The notes below the pieces were generated by a model. The model worked only from the letters and a program-made list of their open reading frames with translations, had not been told where the DNA came from and made no database searches. 22,055 nt of DNA from a virus (taxonomy: Duplodnaviria > Heunggongvirae > Uroviricota > Caudoviricetes): the IMG/VR virus record IMGVR_UViG_2545824644_000014. One strand, written 5' to 3'. The number at the start of each line of letters is the position of its first letter. Position 1 is the stretch's first letter. This document shows, one piece after another, positions 1 through 6,274 of the stretch. Position numbers and translations under genes: made by a program.

Positions 1-1002
1 TTACCCTCTATTGTCAAAAGGGTTCAATTCAACAGCAGCCTCTAAATGACCTGGAGCAAAATGCGCATAACGCATAGTCATTTTTATATCGCTATGCCCC
101 AGTATTTTTTGCAACACAAGAATATTTCCGCCCCGCATCATAAAATGACTGGCAAACGTGTGACGTAGCACATGAGTTAATTGCCCATCAGGAAGCTCGA
201 TCTTCGCTCTCTTAATTGCAGCGTCAAAAGCCTCATAACATGGTGAAAATAGCGCTCCTCGTTTTTTGGGAAGCATAGCCTGCAATTGAGGTGAAATCGG
301 TACAGTGCGGTTCTTCTTTCCTTTAGTTTTAACAAATGTGATTCGACCGGGCAGTACTTGAGATTGCTTTAATCCTTCTGCTTCACTCCACCGAGCACCA
401 GTCGCAAGCCCAATACGGACAACAACCCCCAAATCTTTATTCCGTGACTCATCACACGCAATCAGAAGGCGTTCAATCTCATCTACATACAGAAACGCCA
501 GTTCCTTTTCATCCTCACGAAACTTGCGAATACCAGTCAGGGGGTTTTCACCAGACCACTCCCCAAGGCGCTTCAGTTCGGCAAAAACAGCATGTAGATA
601 TGACTGCTCGCGATTAACGGTTGCTTCACTAAGTTTTTTCTTCCCCTTGGGATTCCATTCTCCTGATAGCCTTCTTTCCCGATAAGTGGCAAACATATTT
701 TTGTCAAACTGAGAAGCAAATGGATCTCCCAGCCTGGAACAAATCGCCTCAAGTTTGACTTTGCGCTCTGCACCAGAGGACAAGGTTTTACCGTACATCT
801 CAAACCAACGAGCAATCAACTCAGAAAGACGAGGACCAGAACCATCTTGAAACTCGTCTCCAACTCTACTATTCATTAAACGGCGCTCATAAGAGAGCGC
901 CTCACTTTTTGTCGCAAACTGTTTACGAATGCGTTTTCCCGATGCCCCGTAGGGATAACATTCGCAAAGCCATTTACCTGATGGAATCTTACGAACCGAC
1001 AT
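1..1002 (-). CDS. int: Phage tyrosine integrase (site-specific recombinase), complete 333 aa
   Basis: Full ORF with stop at the window start. C-terminal catalytic region HVLRHTFASHFMMRGGNILVLQKILGHSDIKMTMRYAHF carries the R..H-x-x-R..Y signature of tyrosine recombinases. Terminal position next to the repressor matches P2/186 prophage layout. Confidence 0.9.
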   Translation of the reverse strand: MSVRKIPSGKWLCECYPYGASGKRIRKQFATKSEALSYERRLMNSRVGDEFQDGSGPRLSELIARWFEMYGKTLSSGAERKVKLEAICSRLGDPFASQFDKNMFATYRERRLSGEWNPKGKKKLSEATVNREQSYLHAVFAELKRLGEWSGENPLTGIRKFREDEKELAFLYVDEIERLLIACDESRNKDLGVVVRIGLATGARWSEAEGLKQSQVLPGRITFVKTKGKKNRTVPISPQLQAMLPKKRGALFSPCYEAFDAAIKRAKIELPDGQLTHVLRHTFASHFMMRGGNILVLQKILGHSDIKMTMRYAHFAPGHLEAAVELNPFDNRG

Positions 1003-1007
1003 TTTAG

Positions 1008-1355
1008 TTACTTATCACATAAATCAAATGCAGCCTTAGTGACATCTCCCAGACTCTTTTTTAACCCTGGGGCGGCATCATTATCTAGCCAAAATGGATT
1101 ATTGTTATCTAACGGTAACGCACCAAATGTTTTACCTTTTATTCGAGCCAAACCTGTAAGTGCATATAACTTATTATCGTCAAAATTCATCACATAAGGA
1201 TTACCATCAAGACACTGTAATTGAACCTCATCAGTATTAAATGGCCATACCCCATTGAAACTCTCACGTTCAATAGTTTTAAAAGGCATTGCGACGGCGG
1301 AAAAAGAAAACATAGATAAAAAAGTAACTAATAGTTGAACCTTTTTTACTTTCAT
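1008..1355 (-). CDS. Small secreted protein of unknown function (115 aa, N-terminal signal peptide); lysogeny-side cargo
   Basis: N-terminus MKVKKVQLLVTFLSMFSFSAVA has the basic n-region, hydrophobic core and AxA-like site of a Sec signal peptide. Visibly AT-rich compared with neighbouring phage genes. Same strand as repressor and int. Confidence 0.6.
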   Translation of the reverse strand: MKVKKVQLLVTFLSMFSFSAVAMPFKTIERESFNGVWPFNTDEVQLQCLDGNPYVMNFDDNKLYALTGLARIKGKTFGALPLDNNNPFWLDNDAAPGLKKSLGDVTKAAFDLCDK

Positions 1356-1384
1356 ATCATTACCTCAATTTAGCTCAAGTAAGA

Positions 1385-2035
1385 TTACAAATTAAAAAAC
1401 GCCCTAGAAATGACACCGCCAACCAAAACCCCTACGCAGATAAAGAATATTATTTCTTTTGGATAAAGTCGGATTAATTCTGAAGCACGAAGTCGGACTT
1501 CTGGTAAGGTCGAACTCTCTGTGTGGCTTGATGCCGATTGTTGCTCTAACCACGACAATGCAGACTGTAACTGAGAACGAGTAAGATCGTTTAAACGTCC
1601 TGTACCGAAATTAATATGGCAATACCGCAGAAGTTTTTGTCGAAGTCCACAGTCTTCACTGTTACGTAGTAATAAACTTACAAGAGCCTTACAGGCATCA
1701 TGATCTTTACATCGCTCAAGCATTGCATGCAGAAAACTCTCCGCTGTTTTATATTGATTTACTGTCATATCATCAATACCAGCTACACCAATCTCCGCAT
1801 GTACTTTTTGCCAAATAATAAACGCTTCAGTATTGCTAGCTTCTGCAATAGCAGCAACCAAGCTATTTAGCTCCTTACGCTGAGCCTTAAGCAAAGGGCG
1901 ATCGTCATCATCATTATTCGAAGGGATTGCGATATTGACAGTATGAGAACCATCATATCGCTCTATCTGAATATTCTTTTCGTGAAAATCACGCCCAGCA
2001 ACGCGATTGTTTGAACCGTTTGAGTTGACGGCCAT
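1385..2035 (-). CDS. Hypothetical protein, 216 aa, with a C-terminal transmembrane anchor; lysogeny-side cargo
   Basis: C-terminus IIFFICVGVLVGGVISRAFFNL is a hydrophobic helix. N-terminal motif NNRVAGRDFHE resembles the C-terminal tail of the upstream repressor. AT-rich. Lies between repressor and int on the same strand. Confidence 0.6.
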   Translation of the reverse strand: MAVNSNGSNNRVAGRDFHEKNIQIERYDGSHTVNIAIPSNNDDDDRPLLKAQRKELNSLVAAIAEASNTEAFIIWQKVHAEIGVAGIDDMTVNQYKTAESFLHAMLERCKDHDACKALVSLLLRNSEDCGLRQKLLRYCHINFGTGRLNDLTRSQLQSALSWLEQQSASSHTESSTLPEVRLRASELIRLYPKEIIFFICVGVLVGGVISRAFFNL

Positions 2036-2050
2036 GTCACCTCCCTACTA

Positions 2051-2455
2051 TCACCTACCCTTAGTTTCGTTATAGTCACGACCAGCGATACGGTTATTAC
2101 CACCAGAAATATTTAACTCACGTCCTGATGGCTGAGTTTCCTTTTCACTGATCGCACCTTTTAAAGCCCCAATCACCGCGTTTTTCACATCTAACGAAGC
2201 TGCTCGAAAGCGAGTAATCAACTCCTGCTCATCATCGTTATAAGTTTCAGGTGAGTGAATCCCCAACACAACATACTGAACATCAAGGCCAAAACGAGAC
2301 AGCGCTGCCAAATACGCAGCATCAGGAAAGCTATCTCCTTTCTCATATCTAAGCTGAGTTAGCTTTTTGACTCCACCAATGTCGCTCATGGCAACTTGAC
2401 TAAGTCCCAATCTTTCCCTTTCCTCACGCAACCGCTGACCAATATCATTTTTCAT
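2051..2455 (-). CDS. XRE-family helix-turn-helix immunity repressor (P2 C-like) with a C-terminal extension, 134 aa
   Basis: N-terminal QRLREERERLGLSQVAMSDIGGVKKLTQLRYEKG is a typical XRE/Cro-C1 HTH. Divergent from the Cox-like gene, in the position of the P2 C repressor. Confidence 0.75.
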   Translation of the reverse strand: MKNDIGQRLREERERLGLSQVAMSDIGGVKKLTQLRYEKGDSFPDAAYLAALSRFGLDVQYVVLGIHSPETYNDDEQELITRFRAASLDVKNAVIGALKGAISEKETQPSGRELNISGGNNRIAGRDYNETKGR

Positions 2456-2530
2456 ACAAAAACCTTGACAGGTATCTTTTTTGATACCAAAATGATTTCA
2501 CGAGCTATTAGATGATCACAATATACCACT
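2456..2530. promoter_or_regulatory. Lysogeny/lysis switch region with a consensus -35 hexamer and an overlapping operator-like palindrome
   Basis: TTGACA at 2465-2470 on the + strand, immediately followed by palindrome GGTATC-TTTTTT-GATACC at 2471-2488. Sits between divergently oriented repressor and early genes. Confidence 0.4.
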
Positions 2531-2737
2531 ATGAAACAAGTTCTTCACGATACCAGATCACGCATTCCGCGTAACACCGCCACAGGTCCAAGACTGGCAC
2601 TTCGGCTGTCCCTCGAGGAGCGAGCCGTCATTGATGAAATGGCAGCTAAAGAACAACGCTCATCCTCTAACATGGCGCGCATGATCTTCCTTCGCGGCCT
2701 AGAGCTAACCCAGAAAGAACAAAACAAATCTTCCTGA
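2531..2737 (+). CDS. Small basic regulatory protein, 68 aa, possibly ribbon-helix-helix
   Basis: First rightward ORF after the switch. Segment RLSLEERAVIDEMAAKEQRSSSNMARMIF resembles an Arc/CopG-like beta-strand plus helix. Function not established. Confidence 0.45.
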   Translation: MKQVLHDTRSRIPRNTATGPRLALRLSLEERAVIDEMAAKEQRSSSNMARMIFLRGLELTQKEQNKSS

Positions 2738-2753
2738 TCAGGAGGCTAGTGGG

Positions 2754-2957
2754 ATGTCAGGTATAACCATCAATATCAATGTGAATGCCCCCTATGTATC
2801 CCTGCAGAAATATGCAGAGATAACAGGTATCCCTCTTAATACGTGCAAAAAGATGTTGGCTGACGGTCGAATTATTATCCGCCCCAAACGCGCCAAAATG
2901 GAAAAGCCTGAAGTAAACCTTGTGGCGATGTTAAAAGACGCTTTGGCTAACAGCTAA
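2754..2957 (+). CDS. Cox/Apl-like excisionase and switch regulator, 67 aa
   Basis: PYVSLQKYAEITGIPLNTCKKMLADGRIIIRP parallels the HTH segment of P2 Cox as recalled from memory. RBS GGAGG upstream. Position matches cox. Confidence 0.55.
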   Translation: MSGITININVNAPYVSLQKYAEITGIPLNTCKKMLADGRIIIRPKRAKMEKPEVNLVAMLKDALANS

Positions 2958-2978
2958 AACAATGAACAGAGCACCATC

Positions 2979-3329
2979 ATGAAAAAAAACGCTAATAATC
3001 CATACTCCAAATTTCGTAATGGCGTAGAACGCCATGTACACCACGTTGCTACCAGTGCATCACGTAGTAACAGTCGCTATAACCTGAACGAGACGCACGC
3101 AACACCGGATGGCCACGCTGTAAAACAAATCGGCGAGCATGCCTGGCTGATTGAGAAAGCTGGAATCGTGGTCCACAAATGCCCACGCAATCCGTTTACC
3201 GGAAACCGCATTTTTGCATTGAACTGCGGCGACAATCACTTCGGGCAGGATTTCACATTATACGAAGCACTTCGCACGGTTGATCGTCTGCTTCGCGGGC
3301 AAAGTTTTATTAAACAGGCTGATTTATAA
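2979..3329 (+). CDS. Hypothetical early protein, 116 aa
   Basis: ORF in the early operon, preceded by an RBS-like sequence. Contains His/Cys residues (HKCPRNP...NCGDNH) that could bind metal. Confidence 0.5.
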   Translation: MKKNANNPYSKFRNGVERHVHHVATSASRSNSRYNLNETHATPDGHAVKQIGEHAWLIEKAGIVVHKCPRNPFTGNRIFALNCGDNHFGQDFTLYEALRTVDRLLRGQSFIKQADL

Positions 3330-3349
3330 CAGGTGCTTTATGACCAAAG

Positions 3350-3618
3350 AGCATGCACAAGGTGTATTTATCCGTTTTATTGATTTTCGCGGTGAACTGT
3401 TATTACGCGCATCAGCCATTGACGGAGTTGTTCCATCCGAAAAAAACGCAGCTACTTACGTTTATCTGAACGGTACGCGCCTGACTGTGGAGCTTCCGTA
3501 CCAGACCGTACGAGAAATCATTAGCGAAGCTGAAAAGGCACGTCAGGTTAATGGAGATGAACCCTATATCGAAATTATTTGTATAGATTCAGAAGCTGAA
3601 ATTCAGAAAGCAGATTAA
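3350..3618 (+). CDS. Hypothetical early protein, about 89 aa
   Basis: Start chosen at the first ATG after the upstream stop; the track start at 3280 would overlap the previous gene. Confidence 0.45.
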
Positions 3619-3629
3619 AGGGCGTTGCG

Positions 3630-3872
3630 ATGGGCAAAGAATATAAAACTCTCATTAACAAAGCACTTGAACGATTTTATTTTCGCTTAAGTGCATCAGG
3701 CGCTCATGCTGAACATGCAGCCCGTGACTCATTGACCAGGGCAATCCGGAGTTTGTATGACGTTGCTTTTTACGCTGATGATCTGGATGCACTTAACGAA
3801 CTTTCCGAGCTGATCTGTGCCGCAGAATGCGGGGAACACATTGAACCGTATAAGCTGGGGAATATCGCATGA
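3630..3872 (+). CDS. Hypothetical early protein, 80 aa
   Basis: Compact ORF in the early operon with an RBS-like GGGCG...ATG context. Confidence 0.45.
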   Translation: MGKEYKTLINKALERFYFRLSASGAHAEHAARDSLTRAIRSLYDVAFYADDLDALNELSELICAAECGEHIEPYKLGNIA

Positions 3873-3962
3873 GTATATTTATCTCATGGCTTGTTCTGAT
3901 TATTTCGGTGGCCTGCGCCATTGGGATTATGCGAATTATTCATTCAGTAAAAAAGATTTAAC
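3870..3962 (+). CDS. Possible small hydrophobic membrane peptide, 30 aa (MSIFISWLVLIISVACAIGIMRIIHSVKKI)
   Basis: ATGA overlap with the previous stop, as in translational coupling. A single hydrophobic helix followed by a basic tail. Too short for the ORF track. Confidence 0.3.
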
Positions 3963-4074
3963 GCTTTTTCACTGACAAATAACAGCTTAAACAAAACACC
4001 AGATTAAACCCGAAAACCTGAAAACTATCCGCATTCGCGGAGGTATTCGCACACGTAAATAACGGAGATATAAA

Positions 4075-4491
4075 ATGAACGCAAAAGAAAAAAACATTAT
4101 CAATACATTAAAAATAGTGTCAGCAGAGCAAGGCAAGCTGTCCAGGGTAGCCCAGAAAGATAATCAACATATGGCAGCGCTTTACGCACTGACCATCGCA
4201 ATAGCCACCTCTGAAGCAGCCAAAGTTATTGAGGAACAGAGCAAAGAAATCGACACTCTTAAAACACAGTCAACAGTTGCAGCCATGAATCCGTCCAGCA
4301 TTGGACGCTGCATTTATATTCTTGGTTCAGCAATGATGCTGCAATACACCATTATTGCCGAACTGCACGGCAAATACCTGATAACGCCTTACCACACAAA
4401 AGAGTCTGAGCTTCTGACAAATCTCCGCCTGATAGAACGCTCTCAAGCTGTATTCATTGATGACGCGCAACGTGCCGTATTTAACGCATAG
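4075..4491 (+). CDS. Hypothetical early protein, 138 aa
   Basis: ORF with a strong RBS (GGAGAT) 7 nt upstream of the ATG. Confidence 0.5.
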   Translation: MNAKEKNIINTLKIVSAEQGKLSRVAQKDNQHMAALYALTIAIATSEAAKVIEEQSKEIDTLKTQSTVAAMNPSSIGRCIYILGSAMMLQYTIIAELHGKYLITPYHTKESELLTNLRLIERSQAVFIDDAQRAVFNA

Positions 4492-4514
4492 GGTTACTGG
4501 ACAAAGGGGGCGCA

Positions 4515-4718
4515 ATGGCAATTAAGCATTTTTCCGTCGTTCGCTTTACCTCCAGAGGGCGCGAATACGAGGTCGACGAACGCCTGATTACCACTATCGA
4601 CAAACATCGTTCGGAAAAGGATGCACACCACATCTACCTCACTGACGGCACTTATTTCTGCGCCACCAACGTGGCGCGGGTGAATCTTATCCGACAAGTA
4701 CAGGAGCCACGCAGATGA
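4515..4718 (+). CDS. Hypothetical early protein, 67 aa
   Basis: RBS AAGGGGG upstream. The stop overlaps the next start. Confidence 0.4.
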   Translation: MAIKHFSVVRFTSRGREYEVDERLITTIDKHRSEKDAHHIYLTDGTYFCATNVARVNLIRQVQEPRR

Positions 4719-4981
4719 CCATTCTGGACTACATCGCTACTCATCCGGGGTGTAGCGGCGGAGAGATCGCCGCAGCACTGAATACTCCAACCACAGCCAT
4801 TAATGCTGAGTTACGCCAACTTTGGCGCGGCGGCTTAGTCATCAGAACAAACCGCAGCACAGGTGGTCGCGCTCGCAAAACTGGAGGCCAGGCTTCTTAC
4901 CACATAAACCCGATGCCGTTCGGGTGTAGCAATCCACTTACTCACATGTTTAACCAGCTACTGAAGGAAGCCAGAACATGA
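4715..4981 (+). CDS. Small putative winged-helix DNA-binding protein, 88 aa
   Basis: ATGA overlap with the upstream gene. ILDYIATHPGCSGGEIAAALNTPTTAINAELRQLWRGGLV looks like a winged-helix recognition segment. Confidence 0.45.
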   Translation: MTILDYIATHPGCSGGEIAAALNTPTTAINAELRQLWRGGLVIRTNRSTGGRARKTGGQASYHINPMPFGCSNPLTHMFNQLLKEART

Positions 4982-5277
4982 GCACCATCAACCACCAGAA
5001 GCTACGCGAACTGGCATTTGCCCTGCAACGAATGGCAACGCCTCAAAAATTACTGGCATTTCGCGCAATGCTCTCGCCGTCTGCTGTGCTGGCACTGCTG
5101 GATCAGCTGGAGCACGCCAGAACCACGGCTCCTGCCATTCGCCTCACGCTCCATCATGAAATCGCTGATTTCTGCGCAACGCTGGGGGCACCTGGCGAAC
5201 CGGAAACGCCGGAAGCAATGCAGCAAGAGCTGCTGCAACGCATCGATAACGTTTTTGATTTTTTTCTGAACCAGTAA
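4978..5277 (+). CDS. Hypothetical early protein, 99 aa
   Basis: ATGA overlap with the upstream gene, consistent with translational coupling. Confidence 0.45.
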   Translation: MSTINHQKLRELAFALQRMATPQKLLAFRAMLSPSAVLALLDQLEHARTTAPAIRLTLHHEIADFCATLGAPGEPETPEAMQQELLQRIDNVFDFFLNQ

Positions 5278-5399
5278 GAAACCAGAACATGCACACACAA
5301 AAAAACCGCTTGCCATGCCTCAATCGGTCAGGTTACATTTCCGCTGCACCTCATAAAACGGGTGCCGGGATTCTCAACCCGATACAGAGCAAAGCGCAT

Positions 5400-5420
5400 A
5401 ACCGCGCAAGCGGTTTTTTT
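5400..5420 (+). terminator. Intrinsic terminator inside the early region
   Basis: Hairpin AACCGC-GCAA-GCGGTT with a GNRA-type loop, followed directly by a run of seven T. Confidence 0.45.
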
Positions 5421-5599
5421 GTGCGTACTGTATTGCCACGTCTTTTTCGCGTCAGAATTATGGCGGGGCGTACGGGGCCGACTTCGGTCGGGCCGGATTC
5501 TTTGCTCTCCGGTGTTGAGAACCCTGTACGTCTCGCCACCCCGAGATTCTCAACTCTGGATGGTGAGTTATTTCTATCACCGAGCAAAGAGGCCACACC

Positions 5600-5830
5600 A
5601 TGGCAGACCGCAAACAGCACCGCGCTATCGCGGAGCGTCGTCACATCCAGACTGAAATCAACCACAGACTTTCCCGCGCATCACGCGTCGCGCAAATCAT
5701 GCACATCAATATGCTGCATGAGCGCAGCCACGCACTATCAAACATTTATTCCGCCTCTGTTTTCAGCTATCTGGCGGATGATCTGCACGAGCTTCAACAG
5801 CTCATCCAGCAGCAAAACAAACTCCATTAA
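5600..5830 (+). CDS. Hypothetical protein, 76 aa
   Basis: RBS AAGAGG 7 nt upstream of the ATG. Lies between the repeat-containing region and the replication genes. Confidence 0.45.
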   Translation: MADRKQHRAIAERRHIQTEINHRLSRASRVAQIMHINMLHERSHALSNIYSASVFSYLADDLHELQQLIQQQNKLH

Positions 5831-5902
5831 TTCCTGTTCCGGGCCTTTCCTGCACCTTGCGGCGGGAGGCCTTCGCACATCTGTAACAAGAGGATTGCCG
5901 CA

Positions 5903-6268
5903 ATGATTCTCGCCAACGACTTTCTTGAATACCTGCTCAACACAGAACGTGATCTTGCCGCTCGCGTGCGTGATCGTTATGACATGTACCTGAAATCCCT
6001 GCCTGTACCGCAGCTCGCTGACGGAAAGATTGTTATTGATGGTCGCTACATGATTGACAGCCACGAGGGAAATTACAGGCTTTACCGCATTGAAGGTGGC
6101 ACCCCGTCCGTTATTGGCATTTACCAGCGCCCATCCTCTGCAATCGTCGATGTGATTGCCGACAGCATCCGCATCACACATCGCCATGCCGACACAGAAG
6201 ACACCGTGCTGGAAATTCAGCGGCTGGCTACAGTCTGCCGCGACACCCTGAATGGCATGACGAAGTAA
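5903..6268 (+). CDS. Hypothetical protein, 121 aa, immediately upstream of replication gene A
   Basis: ORF ending 7 nt before the A start, in the position of the small pre-A ORFs of P2. Confidence 0.5.
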   Translation: MILANDFLEYLLNTERDLAARVRDRYDMYLKSLPVPQLADGKIVIDGRYMIDSHEGNYRLYRIEGGTPSVIGIYQRPSSAIVDVIADSIRITHRHADTEDTVLEIQRLATVCRDTLNGMTK

Positions 6269-6274
6269 ATCACT

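Noticed and set aside
5280-5600. Possible retron msr/msd or tRNA
   Set aside because: No reverse-transcriptase ORF lies nearby, and no cloverleaf or T-loop (GTTCGAATC-like) signature is visible. The structure fits a terminator or attenuator better.
5289-5906. 205-aa plus-strand ORF spanning the 5280-5600 region
   Set aside because: It reads straight through an intrinsic terminator and a stable hairpin, has no RBS, overlaps the well-supported 76-aa gene out of frame, and has a low-complexity Ser/Thr/Arg-rich translation. The region is better explained as regulatory or RNA-coding.
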